Of a stretch of 64,000 bases of DNA, positions 25,501 through 36,000 are shown one piece after another. The notes beneath the pieces are model-generated. The model ran no database searches. It had not been told where the DNA came from and saw nothing but the letters and a program-made list of their open reading frames with translations. The translations under genes and the position numbers were made by a program. The DNA is from Chthoniobacteraceae bacterium. GTDB taxonomy: Bacteria; Verrucomicrobiota; Verrucomicrobiia; Chthoniobacterales; Chthoniobacteraceae. Where the stretch lies: NCBI GenBank assembly GCA_044221035.1, contig JBGAPU010000014.1, positions 7,598 through 71,597 of the forward strand, given 5' to 3'. Position 1 is the first letter of the stretch. Each line of letters opens with the position of its first letter.

Positions 25501-25806
25501 ATCGAAGCCGCGCGCGTCCTCGCGCAGCGAATGATCACCGAAGGCGGCAGCACGCCGGAGCAACGCATTGCATGGGCCTTCCGCCGTGCCACGTGCCGAG
25601 AACCGCGGGCGGATGAGATGAAAGTGCTCGTCGCCGGACTGGCGAAGCGCACCGCGCGCTTGCAGCAGTCGCCCGACGAGGCCACGAAAATCCTCGCAGT
25701 CGGCGAAGCGAAACCTGACCCGAAACTCGACCCCATCGAACTCGCCGCCTACACCGGCACCGCCAACGTCCTGCTGAATCTCGACGAGGTCGTGACGCGC
25801 GAGTGA
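22585..25806 (+). CDS. PSCyt1 (planctomycete cytochrome c) + DUF1549 (PSCyt2) + DUF1553 (PSD1) protein
   Basis: 'FNRDIRPIFSDICFTCHGPD' (PSCyt1). 'IDAFILARLEKEKL..RRVTLDLTGLPPTPEEV' (DUF1549). 'CCRCHDHKYDP' and C-terminal 'FDSPSREICTVKRSRTNTPLQAL' (DUF1553). Confidence 0.9.
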   Translation: MNSKLKSALAATIATALPQFAGAAEKISFNRDIRPIFSDICFTCHGPDVSKMKGGLRLDTKEAAMKGGESGAAIVPGKPEASEVFKRLTTHDAEDIMPPKKFGKTLSAEQIETVRRWIAEGAEYQGHWAFMKPERPAVPKSSAQSSVLSAQSKLGAQSGNLSTENWALSTNAIDAFILARLEKEKLTPQPEAAKERLIRRVTLDLTGLPPTPEEVDAFLADKSPNAFEKVVDRVLASPRYGEHMAARWLDMARYADSNGFQSDTKREMWHWRDWVIGAFNRNLPFDQFTIEQLAGDLIPNAQRDQIVATGFNRNHRLNGEGGRIVEEWFAETVIDRVETTGLTWTALTLNCCRCHDHKYDPISQKEFYQLFAYFNSINENGVLDDFGGAGRTRRGGNSRPVLALPTPEQEVQISKLTAALKDAEAKVATASKELAAAQAAWEPKFRAEMERGLQPWTQLQPKEVRSDGGATFTRQADGSYLASGINPPFDQYLIVSPIPEGTFSGLLLEVFPDESLPNKSLGRNGNGNFVLTDVIVDVNAPGLAKPLSATFTRAEADYNQSRYEVGQIVQDTQGKQKRGKGGKKSQGWAIDGNDPAKRLPRKAMFITGMPITVPPNATLSVTLRHDSIANHNIGRFRLSMTSLPPATVKLNGAQVAPNIVAAINTEAAKRTPAQKAELAKFFRENADNPVKRAEAGVAAAKKALDAVYADVSSTMVMEEIAQPREARILKRGEYDKPGDVVPRALPAIFPPLPKDAPNNRLGLARWLVSGEHPLTARVWVNREWERFFGLGLVKTTENFGSQAEWPSHPELLDWLATEFVRLKWDMKAMQKLIVMSATYRQSSRVTPDVLAKDPENRLLARGPRFRLGAEALRDQALAISGLLVEKIGGPSVKPYMPAAVWDETSVYGDMRNYKEDTGEGLYRRTLYTIWKRTAAPPTMTMFDSPSREICTVKRSRTNTPLQALALLNEKTYIEAARVLAQRMITEGGSTPEQRIAWAFRRATCREPRADEMKVLVAGLAKRTARLQQSPDEATKILAVGEAKPDPKLDPIELAAYTGTANVLLNLDEVVTRE
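23009..23093. repeat. Hairpin-capable heptad-repeat element embedded in-frame in a CDS
   Basis: GTGCTCA GTCCTCA GTCCTCA GTGCTCA (23009-23036) faces the inverted CTGAGCACTGAGAACTGGGCACTGAGCAC (23065-23093). It encodes 'SAQSSVLSAQSKLGAQSGNLSTENWALST' in the PSCyt1-DUF1549 linker. Confidence 0.8.
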
Positions 25807-25857
25807 GCGACGGTTGGCGGCACAAAGGCAGGCAAATTATTTCCGAACGAACACACC

Positions 25858-28479
25858 ATGATTCAGAGACGCACCCGCATCATCGCACTCGCCACTGTCA
25901 TCGCGGCGGCACCCGTATTTTCCGCAAAGCCGCCAGCCCCTGAGCCAGCACCGATGCCGCCGAAAGGCGAGGCGACTCGGCTCGTGAAGCAGACGCCGAT
26001 GCTGTCGCCGGCTGACGAGCTGAAGACGATTCAGCTTCCGGATGGCTACCGGCTCGAGCTCGTGCTGAGCGAGCCGGACATCAAGGAGCCGATGGCGATC
26101 GCATTCGACGGGAATGGGCGGATGTATGTCGTGGAGATGCGCACTTACATGCAGGACATCGACGGCACGGGTGAGCACGACCCGAAGAGCCGCGTGTCGC
26201 GCCATGAGAGCACGAAGGGCGATGGGAAATACGACAAGCACACGGTGTTTGCCGACAACCTGCTCATCCCGCGCATGGTGCTGCCGCTGCAGGATTCGGT
26301 GCTCATCGGCGAGACGGACACGAACGACATCAACGAATTCCGCGACAAGAACGGCGACGGCGTCTCGGATGAAAAGAAGCCGTGGTATGAGGGCGGGCCG
26401 CGTGGCGGGAACATGGAGCACCAGCCGAGCGGGCTCCTGTGGGCGATGGATAATTGGATTTACACGACCTACAACGCGTATCGCCTGCGCTGGAATCCGA
26501 AGGGTGCAGTGCTGAAGGAAAACACGGCACCGAACGGCGGGCAGTGGGGGCTCACGCAGGATGATTTCGGCAAGCCGTGGTTCTCGAACGCGGGCGGCGA
26601 GAAGGGCGTGTGGAATTTCCAGACGCACGTCGCCTACGGTGCGATCAATGTGCCGAGCCAGTGGGATGAAAATGGCTGGATGACGGTGTGGCCGGCGGTG
26701 GGGATGTTCGACGTGCAGGGCGGGACGAAGCGGCATCGCGACGACGGCACGGTGAATCATTTCACGGCGTCGTGCGGGCAGGAGATTTTCCGCGGCGACC
26801 GCCTGCCGGCGGATTTGCGCGGCAATGTGTTTTTGCCCGAGCCGGTCGGGCGTCTGATCCGGCGCGGTGTGGTCGAAGTGAAAGACGGCATCACGACGCT
26901 GAAGAATCCGCACGGTGAGTCGGAGTTTCTGCGCAGCACGGATCCGAATTTCCGCCCGGTGGACATGAAGACCGGACCGGATGGCTGCCTCTACATCGTG
27001 GACGCGTATCGCGGCATCATTCAGGAGGGCAACTGGGTGCGCGAGGGATCGTATCTGCGCCCGCAGGTGCAGCGCTGGGGCTTGCAAAACAACATCGGCC
27101 ACGGCCGCGTGTGGCGGCTCGTGCACAAGGATTTCACGCCCGGCCCGCAGCCGAAAATGCTCGACGAGAAGCCCGCGCAGCTCGTCGCGCACCTCGAACA
27201 TCCGAATGGTTTCTGGCGCGACACCGCGCAGAAGTTGCTCGTCGTGCGGCAGGACAAGTCGGTCGTGCCCGCGCTGCTCACGATGACGCGGACGAGCAAG
27301 AGCCCGCTCGCCCGCGCCCACGCGATGTGGACGCTCGAAGGTCTCGGCGCCCTCGACGCGGCACTTGCGCGCGAGAAGCTGAAGGACGAAAACCCGCGCG
27401 TGCGCGAGAACGCGATCCGCGCGACGGAGTCGCTCATCAAGGCGGGCGACAAGTCGCTCATCGCGGAGATCACCGCACTGGCGAAGGACGCGGATCCGAA
27501 CGTCGTCCTGCAGGTGGTTGGCACGTCGAAGGCGCTGAATTTTCCCGAATGGGAACACAACGCGCAGATCGTGATCGCATCGAGCAAGTCGCAGGGCGTG
27601 CTCGAAATCGGCAAGGCGCTCATGACTTCGTCGAAGGGCGTGGACGCGAAGGCGTTCGCGAAGGACGAGATCGCCGTGCTGAAAAAGGGCGAGGCGATTT
27701 ACAAGGAGCTGTGCTTCGCGTGCCACGGCTTCGACGGGAAGGGCATGCCGATGCAGGGCCAGCCCGCGGGCGTGACGATGGCACCGCCGCTCACCGGCTC
27801 GAAGACCGTGACCGGTCACCGCAACGGCCCTGTGCTCGCGCTGCTGCACGGCCTTGCCGGCCCCGTGAACGGCAAGACCTACGAGGCGCAGATGGTCCCG
27901 CTGGGCACGAACACCGACGACTGGATCGCGGCCGTCGCCAGCTACGTGCGGAACAGCTTCGGCAATTCCGGCGCGCTCGTGACCGCCGCCGAGGTGAAGC
28001 GTCTGCGCGAGGCGACGAAGACCCGCACGCAGCCGTGGACGCAGAGCGAGCTCGCCAGCGTGCTGCCGCAGCCGGTCGGCGATTTGAAAAACTGGAAGCT
28101 CACCGCGAGCGCGAACGACAAGGGGTGCAGCAACGCAATCGATGGCGACGCGAAGTCGCGCTGGGACACGCACGGCGGACAGACGCCCGGCCAGTGGTTC
28201 CAGATCGAGCTGCCCGCCGAGACGGAAATCACCGGCCTGCGCCTCGACACGACGAAATCTGCCAACGACTACCCCCGCGGCTACAAGGTCGAGCTGAGCG
28301 CCGACGGCCAGCAGTGGGGCAAGCCCGTCGCGCAGGGCAAGGGCCGCGGCTCCGTGACGGAAATCGAGTTTGCGCCCGCAAAGGCGAAGTTCATCCGTAT
28401 CACGCAGACCGGCGAGGTGAAGGGGAACTTCTGGAGCATCCACGAGATGGCGGTGCTGAAGGCGGGCGCGAAATTCTGA
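25858..28479 (+). CDS. Secreted dehydrogenase-like propeller / HEAT / cytochrome c / F5-8 type C (discoidin) protein
   Basis: Signal peptide. 'PDGYRLELVLSEPDIKEPMAIAFDGNGRMYV'. HEAT-like 'NPRVRENAIRATESL'. Heme motif 'CFACHGFDGKG'. C-terminal 'NAIDGDAKSRWDT..GQWFQIELP'. Confidence 0.85.
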   Translation: MIQRRTRIIALATVIAAAPVFSAKPPAPEPAPMPPKGEATRLVKQTPMLSPADELKTIQLPDGYRLELVLSEPDIKEPMAIAFDGNGRMYVVEMRTYMQDIDGTGEHDPKSRVSRHESTKGDGKYDKHTVFADNLLIPRMVLPLQDSVLIGETDTNDINEFRDKNGDGVSDEKKPWYEGGPRGGNMEHQPSGLLWAMDNWIYTTYNAYRLRWNPKGAVLKENTAPNGGQWGLTQDDFGKPWFSNAGGEKGVWNFQTHVAYGAINVPSQWDENGWMTVWPAVGMFDVQGGTKRHRDDGTVNHFTASCGQEIFRGDRLPADLRGNVFLPEPVGRLIRRGVVEVKDGITTLKNPHGESEFLRSTDPNFRPVDMKTGPDGCLYIVDAYRGIIQEGNWVREGSYLRPQVQRWGLQNNIGHGRVWRLVHKDFTPGPQPKMLDEKPAQLVAHLEHPNGFWRDTAQKLLVVRQDKSVVPALLTMTRTSKSPLARAHAMWTLEGLGALDAALAREKLKDENPRVRENAIRATESLIKAGDKSLIAEITALAKDADPNVVLQVVGTSKALNFPEWEHNAQIVIASSKSQGVLEIGKALMTSSKGVDAKAFAKDEIAVLKKGEAIYKELCFACHGFDGKGMPMQGQPAGVTMAPPLTGSKTVTGHRNGPVLALLHGLAGPVNGKTYEAQMVPLGTNTDDWIAAVASYVRNSFGNSGALVTAAEVKRLREATKTRTQPWTQSELASVLPQPVGDLKNWKLTASANDKGCSNAIDGDAKSRWDTHGGQTPGQWFQIELPAETEITGLRLDTTKSANDYPRGYKVELSADGQQWGKPVAQGKGRGSVTEIEFAPAKAKFIRITQTGEVKGNFWSIHEMAVLKAGAKF

Positions 28480-28584
28480 ACCGTCCGTCATCGGGCGGGC
28501 GTTGATTTCCCGTCGCAAAGGGCTTGGGTTCCGCTATTCCCCTGCAAGGCCGCGTTTGCGGCACTGCATCACATCCCCACAGCC

Positions 28585-30741
28585 ATGAAACGACTCGTCC
28601 TTTCCACCTCGATCGCAGCCTGCTCCGTCCTCGCGTGGACCGCCACCGCCTTTGGCGCGAAGGGTGACAGGAAGAAACAGGCGGATGCACCGGCGGTCGT
28701 CTCCGTGAAGCCCGCTGTGGACACGCAGCCGCTGCAGGCGGAACTGCCGTCGCCGTGGCGCACATGGAGCGATGCGCAGGGGAACAAGCTGGAGGCGCAG
28801 TTCTGCTCGCTCTACGGGAACATCCTCACGGTGCAGACGCACGAGGGGAAGACGGCGCAGATGTATCTGATGAATCTCGTGCCCGCGGACCGGGCGTTTG
28901 CGCAGGACTATGCGAAGAGGCTGCGCGCGCGGGCATTTGCCGACGACTACGTGAGGAAGGCGGCGTATCAGATCGATTACCTCATCGGGTCCACGCTCGT
29001 GAGCAAGGGGCAGAAGTTCAACCCGCCGGCGACGGACGAGCAGTTCGTGCGGCGCATTTACCTCGATGCCGTGGGCCGCGTCCCGACGGCGGACGAGGCG
29101 TCGGAATTCCTCGCGGACAAGGCGGCGGACAAGCGCGCAAAGCTCATCGACCGGCTGCTCTATTCGCCCGGCTACACGATGCAGATGTATAACTGGATGG
29201 GCGACATGCTGCGCGTGAAGGACACGTTCGCCAAAAACGTGCCGGCGTTCACCTTCCAAGACTGGCTGAAGGATCAGCTCCACGCGGACCGCCCCTGGGA
29301 TTCACTCGTGCGCGCGATGCTCACGGCGGATGGCAAGCTGTGCGACAACGGCGCGACGGGCTTCCTCGCCTACGACGCGCAGATGCCGCTCGACGGCGTG
29401 TCGAACCTGCTCACGACGTTCCTCGGCGCGAACGTCGCCTGCGCGCAGTGCCACGACCATCCGCTCGCGGACTGGAAGCAGCGCGACTTTTACCAGATGG
29501 CCGCATTTTTCGGCGCGAGCGACGGGCTCGACGAAAAGGCGCTCAACGCGGGCAAGAAGCTCGCGAAGAACGGTGGCAAAGGCACACCCGGCCTGAACAA
29601 GGGACTCGTTCAGAAAATCGCGAGCGCGAACGCCTACCGTCAGGAGGACACGACAAAGCAGACGCTCACCTTTCCGAAGGACTACAAATACAGCGACGCG
29701 AAAGCGGGTGCGCCCGTGATGCCGACGCTCATCTCGTGGTCGAAGAACGACGCGAAGAGCCCGCTCTACCGCGGTGTGAACACGTCGAACCCCGTGCAGC
29801 TCCGCGTGGAGTTTGCGAAATGGATGACGGCTCCCGAGAACCCTCGCTTCGCCGCGAACATCGCGAACCGCGTGTGGAAAAAAGTCTTCGGCCTCGCGGT
29901 GCAGGAGCCCGTATCCGACCTTGACGACCCGACAAGGGCGAGCAACCCCGCGCTGCTCGCGCACCTCGCGACGGTCATCAAGGCGGGCCGCTTCGACCTG
30001 CGCGAGTTCCAGCGCGTGCTGTTCAATTCGCAGACCTACCAGCGTGCGGCCAGCGCGTCGCCCGACCTTGAAAAAGGCCCGTATCTTTTCCCCGGCCCGC
30101 TTGTGCGCCGCATGACTGCCGAGCAGGTGTGGGACAGCCTCATGGTGCTCAGCACCGGGACGGACGTGGACAACATCACGCTGCGCCGTGGCGACGACGA
30201 GAAGCTGATGTCGCTTCCCGGCAACGCGATGACCGCGGAGAACTTCAAATACGTCATCGAGCGCATGCAGTCCTCCGGCGCGGAGATGCGCGGCGGCGGA
30301 AAGAAAAACGCCGCTGTTTCAAAGAACCTCATCACCGAGTATCAGGGCGGCAAGCCGCAGCAGCGCCACGGGATGATTCTCGCCCGCGCGAGCGAGCTGC
30401 CGCAGCCCGCGCCCGAGACGCATTTCCTCCGCCTCTTCGGCCAGAGCGACCGCCTCGTCGCCGATTCCGCCACGACGGACGGCAGCGTGCCGCAGGCGCT
30501 CATGCTCATGAATGGCGGCGCCGGCCAGCTCATCACGGACACCAACTGCGCCGCCGTCACCGCCGCCGAGAAGGCGGGCTCCGCCGATGAAAAAGTGGAC
30601 CGTCTCTACCTCTCCTTCCTCGCCCGCAAACCGACCGCCGAGGAGCGCCCCGTGGCCACGCAGGCACTCACCACCGGCCTCGGCATCAGCGATGTCGCGT
30701 GGGCGCTCGTGAACACGCGCGAGTTCCTCTTCATCCAGTAA
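28585..30741 (+). CDS. DUF1549 + DUF1553 protein with an N-terminal SHD1-like module
   Basis: Signal peptide. '[25 protein letters not shown]'. '[16 protein letters not shown]'. '[18 protein letters not shown]'. C-terminal '[17 protein letters not shown]'. Confidence 0.9.
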   Translation: MKRLVLSTSIAACSVLAWTATAFGAKGDRKKQADAPAVVSVKPAVDTQPLQAELPSPWRTWSDAQGNKLEAQFCSLYGNILTVQTHEGKTAQMYLMNLVPADRAFAQDYAKRLRARAFADDYVRKAAYQIDYLIGSTLVSKGQKFNPPATDEQFVRRIYLDAVGRVPTADEASEFLADKAADKRAKLIDRLLYSPGYTMQMYNWMGDMLRVKDTFAKNVPAFTFQDWLKDQLHADRPWDSLVRAMLTADGKLCDNGATGFLAYDAQMPLDGVSNLLTTFLGANVACAQCHDHPLADWKQRDFYQMAAFFGASDGLDEKALNAGKKLAKNGGKGTPGLNKGLVQKIASANAYRQEDTTKQTLTFPKDYKYSDAKAGAPVMPTLISWSKNDAKSPLYRGVNTSNPVQLRVEFAKWMTAPENPRFAANIANRVWKKVFGLAVQEPVSDLDDPTRASNPALLAHLATVIKAGRFDLREFQRVLFNSQTYQRAASASPDLEKGPYLFPGPLVRRMTAEQVWDSLMVLSTGTDVDNITLRRGDDEKLMSLPGNAMTAENFKYVIERMQSSGAEMRGGGKKNAAVSKNLITEYQGGKPQQRHGMILARASELPQPAPETHFLRLFGQSDRLVADSATTDGSVPQALMLMNGGAGQLITDTNCAAVTAAEKAGSADEKVDRLYLSFLARKPTAEERPVATQALTTGLGISDVAWALVNTREFLFIQ

Positions 30742-30760
30742 ATTCAACGACACCTCCGCC

Positions 30761-32704
30761 ATGAACAACGACATCCTCCGCGATCCCATCCAGCGCCGCT
30801 CCTTTGTCGAGCGCTGCGCCCGCTACGCCTTCGGCCTCACCGTGCTGCCCGCCGTGGGCGCGCAGCTTTTTGGCGCGGAAAAAGCCGCGGCCTCTGCTGT
30901 GTCCGCCGTCTCGCACGGCCCCGGCTTTGGCAAGGCGAAGCGTGTCATCTTCCTCGAGCTGCAGGGCGGCCTCAGTCACATCGACTCGTTCGACCCGAAG
31001 ACCGGCGACTCGAAGGGTCCCGGCGCGCCGCTCTCCACCAAGGCCGGCTTCCAAGTCACCGAGTATCTCCCCGAGACCGCGAAGATTGCCGACAAAATCA
31101 CCGTCATCCGCTCGATGACCGCGAAGGTCGGCGTCCACGCCAGCGCGCAGTATCTCATGCGCACCGGCTATGAAAAGCGCGGCACGATCGTGCATCCGAT
31201 GCTCGGCGCGTGGGCGCAGCATTACCTCGGCGGGAGCAGCAAGACGCTGCCATCGACCGTCTGCGTGAACCGCCCGGCCAACCACGGCAACGGCTACTTT
31301 CCCGCGTCGTATTCGCCTCTGCCGATTCTCGACCCCGACCAGGGCCTCGTGAACTCCGCCGCACAGGTCTCCGCCGACGTGCATCAGAAGCGCCTCGGCC
31401 TCCTCGGGCAGCTCGATGCGACCTTCGGCAAAAAGATGGCCGATGAAAACGTGAAGGCCTACGGCGACTTCTACGACTCCACGATGCAGCTCATGAAGAG
31501 CAGCGACCTCAAGGCCTTCAGCATCGCCGACGAGCCCGCCGCCATGCGCGAAAAATACGGGCGCAACAAGTTCGGCCAGGGCTGCCTGCTCGCGCGCCGG
31601 CTCGTCGAGAGCGGCGTGCGTTTCGTCGAGGTGTCGAGCGGCGGCTGGGACATGCACAAGCAGCTCGCCGACGGCATGGAAGACCGCGGCGGCGACTTCG
31701 ACCGGGCCTTCGCAGCACTCGTGAGCGACCTCGACTCGCGCGGCCTGCTCGATTCCACGCTCGTCTGCGTGACGACCGAATTCGGCCGTAAGCCGCAGTT
31801 CGACGGCAGCGGACGCGGGCATCACCCCGTCGCCTTCAGCACCGCCCTCGCCGGCGGCGGCGTGAAGCGCGGCTACGTCCACGGCGCCAGCGACGAGAAA
31901 GGCTACGAGCCCGCGAAGGACCCGATGAGCGTCGGCAGCTTCCACGCGACCATCGCCCACGCCGCTGGCCTGCCCATCGACCAGGAAGTCATGACCCCGA
32001 GCGGCCGCCCGATGACCGTCGGCAACAAGGGCAAACGCTTCGACGCCATCGGCGATGCGGAAATCCAGACGCGCATCGCGCAATACGAGATGGCCTTCCG
32101 CATGCAGGCGAGCGTGCCCGACCTCACCGACATCTCGAAGGAGCCGCAGCATGTCCTCGACATGTATGGCCCCGAGGTGAAGACGCCCGGCACCTACGCG
32201 TCGAACTGCCTCCTCGCGCGTCGCCTCGCCGAGCGCGACGTGCGCTTTGTGCAGCTCTTCCACATGGGCTGGGATCACCACGGCGGCCTGCCAAACGCCA
32301 TCAAGGGCCAGTGCCGTGACACCGACCAGCCCACTGCGGCGCTCCTCACCGACCTAAAACAGCGCGGCCTGCTCGACGACACGCTCATCGTCTGGGGCGG
32401 CGAATTCGGCCGCACCATCTACTCGCAGGGCACGCTCACCGAGACGAACTACGGCCGCGACCATCACCCGCGCTGCTTCACCGTGCTGCTTGCCGGCGCC
32501 GGCGTGCGGAAAGGACACACGCACGGCGAGACCGACGATTACAGCTACAACATCGTCCGCGATCCCGTGCATGTGCATGACCTCAACGCCACGATCCTGC
32601 ACCTCATGGGCGTCGAGCACACGAAGCTCACCTACCGCTACCAGGGCCGCGACTTCCGCCTCACGGACATCCACGGTGAAATCGTGAAGCCGCTGCTGGC
32701 GTAA
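30761..32704 (+). CDS. DUF1501 (sulfatase-like) protein carrying an extra C-terminal half-copy of a second DUF1501
   Basis: 647 aa, against about 450-480 aa for the two other DUF1501 genes in this window. The motif series [11 protein letters not shown] / GLLD-TL-EFGR / GR-HHP / HAT-I-H occurs twice (aa 275-400 and aa 483-615). Confidence 0.85.
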   Translation: MNNDILRDPIQRRSFVERCARYAFGLTVLPAVGAQLFGAEKAAASAVSAVSHGPGFGKAKRVIFLELQGGLSHIDSFDPKTGDSKGPGAPLSTKAGFQVTEYLPETAKIADKITVIRSMTAKVGVHASAQYLMRTGYEKRGTIVHPMLGAWAQHYLGGSSKTLPSTVCVNRPANHGNGYFPASYSPLPILDPDQGLVNSAAQVSADVHQKRLGLLGQLDATFGKKMADENVKAYGDFYDSTMQLMKSSDLKAFSIADEPAAMREKYGRNKFGQGCLLARRLVESGVRFVEVSSGGWDMHKQLADGMEDRGGDFDRAFAALVSDLDSRGLLDSTLVCVTTEFGRKPQFDGSGRGHHPVAFSTALAGGGVKRGYVHGASDEKGYEPAKDPMSVGSFHATIAHAAGLPIDQEVMTPSGRPMTVGNKGKRFDAIGDAEIQTRIAQYEMAFRMQASVPDLTDISKEPQHVLDMYGPEVKTPGTYASNCLLARRLAERDVRFVQLFHMGWDHHGGLPNAIKGQCRDTDQPTAALLTDLKQRGLLDDTLIVWGGEFGRTIYSQGTLTETNYGRDHHPRCFTVLLAGAGVRKGHTHGETDDYSYNIVRDPVHVHDLNATILHLMGVEHTKLTYRYQGRDFRLTDIHGEIVKPLLA

Positions 32705-32843
32705 TCTTCCAAGGGGAGCCTCGCGTCTTCCAAGGGGAGCCTCGCGTCTTCCAAGGGGAGCCTCGCGTCTTCCAAGGGGAGCCTCGCGTCTTCCAAGGGG
32801 AGCCTCGCGTCTTCCAAGGGGAGCCTCGCGTCTTCCAAGGGGA
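32705..32843. repeat. Perfect 21-bp tandem repeat, 6.6 copies (TCTTCCAAGGGGAGCCTCGCG)
   Basis: Six identical units from 32705 to 32830, plus a 13-nt partial seventh. It starts at the first base after the DUF1501 TAA stop. Confidence 0.95.
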
Positions 32844-33087
32844 ATGCGGCGTGATGGAAGACGGGCGTTTTTCAAGCCGGAAATTCCTCATGAGGCTCGT
32901 TTGAGGTCCGGCAATGTGGGTCGGTGTCTGAACCGGGTGTCGGGCTGGTATGGCGGCTGCTAAGTTTCCCCCGCCCAAACTCAGCAATTACCCTGACTCA
33001 AAATCGGTAGTTACCCGCGCCCAAAATGCATAATCACCGCCACCACATGAATGCCCCCGCGTCATCGCGTCATCGCGACCGGGGCCT

Positions 33088-36000
33088 ATGAAGCAGCGGA
33101 GGATTTTCGCGAGCGCCCACCCCTCAGACACTGAAGCACCGCCCGCCAATCCGCAGAGGGAGGCGAGGCCACAGCCGATGCTTCGCCGCCGCCGGACTCC
33201 TTTGCTCGTGCGTGCGCTGCTCTGGCTTTTCCTTTCCCACGCGACGCCGTGGATGGGGCGGGCGATGGCGAACCTCGAGAAGGACGTGCTGACGACGGCG
33301 ACGGACCTGACGGCGGGGGCGAGCTATGTGGGCGGCGGCACGCCGGGGGCGACGTGGGATGTGACGTTCATGAACGGCGCCTACAGCGCGACGACTTTCA
33401 CAGTGAACTCGAACCTCGGCATCGGCACGCTGAACGTGCTGAACTCCACGCAGGCGCTCGTCATTACCAGCAACGGCTCGGCGAACCGGACTCTGACGCT
33501 GAATGGGGGGACGAATGTCGTGCCGGGCGCCGCTGCTGCGGACCTCATCTACCTCGCTGCGAATGGCAGGCTGACGATTCAGAACGGCACGCGGACGCTG
33601 GGCCTGGTGCTTGCGTCGAGCGGGAATTTCGACACGGCCTCGGGTTCGTCGCTGATCATCAGCTCGGTCATCTCGGGCAATTTCAACCTCGCGAAGACGG
33701 GCAGCGGAATGATGACCGTGAGCGGGACGAACACGTTTGGCGGGTCGGGCAGGACGTTCACGCTCTCGGGCGGGACGCTGAACATCAATGCGGCGGCGGC
33801 GCTCGGCAACGCGTCGAACACGTTCGTGATCAACGGCGGGACGACCATCGACAACACAAGCGGCGCGGCCATCACGACGAGCAACTACGCGGTGACGCTG
33901 AACGGGGACTTCACCTTCGCGGGCGGCGGGACGGGAACCACGCACGATTTGAACCTCGGCACGGGTGCCGTCACGCTCGGCACGGCGGCAGGGACGAGCC
34001 GGGCCATCACGGTCACTGCGGCGAACAGCACGCTGCGCTTCGGCGGTGTGATCGCGAATGGCACGACGGCGAACGCGGTGATCAAGAGCGGCGCCGGCAT
34101 CCTCACTTTCTCCGGCAGCGGCGCGAACACCTACTCCGGTGGCACGGTGGTGACGGCGGGCACGCTCATCCTCACGAAGACGGCGGGCATGAATGCCGTC
34201 GGCACCGGCACGCTGCAGATCGGTGACGGCACCGGCGGAAACGACAGCGCGATTGTGCAGCTCGGCGCGAACAACCAGATCGCCGACACGGTGATCGTGG
34301 ATGTCGGGAGCAGCGGGCGCTTCAATCTGAACAACTTCAGCGAGACCATCGGCGGCCTCATCCTCAACACCGATACGGCGCAGGCCGCGACGGTGGTCAC
34401 CGGCACGGGCACGCTTACGCTCGGCGGCAATGTGACGGTGAACGCGAACGGCACCGGGGCGACGGGCGCGGATTTCACGGGAAGCCTGAACCTCGGAAAC
34501 GCCGCGCGCACTTTTGCTGTCGCGGCCGGGTCGTCGCCGGGGGCCTACGATTTCGATGTGAACGGCGTGGTGAGCAGCACGACGGCGGCGAGCGGCTCGG
34601 TGGTGAAGGCGGGCGCCGGCACGATGCGCTTCAGCGGCACGACCGCGAACACCTACACGGGCATGACCACCGTGAATGCCGGCACGCTGCTGCTGAACAA
34701 GAGCGCAGGCGTGGTGGCGGTGGCGGGCGGCATGACCATCGGCGACGGCGCTGGCGGTGCGAACAGCGACATCGTGCGGCTGATGGCGAACGGGCAAATC
34801 GCGGCGACGGCGGCGGTGCTGGTGAACGGCTCGTCCGGCATGCTGGATCTCAATGGATTCACGCAGACCATCGGTTCGCTCGCCGACACGGGCACGGTGA
34901 CTGCAGGCGGCAGCAGCGTGAATCTTGGCTCGGGCACGCTGACGGTGGGGAACACGACTTCGACAGTCTTTTCCGGTGCCATCACAGGCGCTGGCGGCAG
35001 TCTCATCAAGCGGGGCAGCGGCACGCTCGCGCTGGGCGGGACGAACACCTACACCGGCATGACGACGATCACGGCAGGCACGCTGCAGCTCCGTGCGTCG
35101 GGCGCGATTCCCGCGGGCGGAAACGTGACGATCCTCGGCGCCGCGCTCGACATCGCCGGCCAGAGTCCGACGGTCGGGACAATCACCTTCGGCGATGGCA
35201 CTGCGACGGGCGCGAACTCGATGAGCGATTCAGCGACGGTGAAGGGGAGCGTCACGCTGAATGGCGACATTGCCTACAACGGCACGGCCGCGCACACCTT
35301 CCAGGCGAGCCTCATCACCACGAACCTCTGGCTCTCCACCGGGGTCCATTCGCTGAGCAACCCGAATGCGAACTACAGCTCGGTGATCTACGACGTGGTG
35401 CTGAGCGGCGTCGTGAGCGGGCCGGGCGGATTTTCAAAGGACGGCACGAACCCGCTCTACTGGGTCGCGCTGAATGCCGCGAACACCTACACCGGCGTGA
35501 CGAACGTGACCGGCGGCCGCCTTTATCTCGGCGTGGTGAATGCAATCCCGTTGATGAGCGCCGTGACCGTGGGCATGGATGGTATTCTCATTTTGAACCC
35601 GACGGTGACGGAGAACGGAATGGTCGCCGGAAACTACAGCCAGAGCATCGGTTCGCTCGCCGGCGATGGCTCGGTGACGCTCGGCTCGGCGACGCTCACG
35701 ACGGGCAATGATGGCACGTCGCCGACCTTCGCCGGCGTGATTTCCGGCACTGGCGCGGTCGTGAAGACAGGCACCGGCTCGCAGACCTTCTCGGGTGCGA
35801 ACACCTACACCGGCGGCACGACGCTCGGCGGCGGACTGCTCATTGCGGGGAACAATGCGGCGTTCAGCACCGGCTCGATCACGTTCAACGGCGGCGGCCT
35901 CGGTTCGAGCAGCGGTTCGCGCCTGATCACGAATGGGATGTCTGTGAACAACGTCGCGGGGAACCACATCGGCGGGTCGCAGAGCCTCACGCTGACTGGT

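Noticed and set aside
32702-32854. In-frame stop-codon read-through extension of the DUF1501 gene into the 21-bp repeat, giving (SSKGSLA)n up to the TGA at 32852
   Set aside because: All three forward frames of the repeat unit lack stop codons, so an open frame after the TAA carries no information. There is no recoding signal.
32354-32875. 173-aa minus-strand ORF with the repeat 'REAPLGR'
   Set aside because: It is simply the translation of the 21-bp DNA tandem repeat, with no start context or flanking protein-like sequence.
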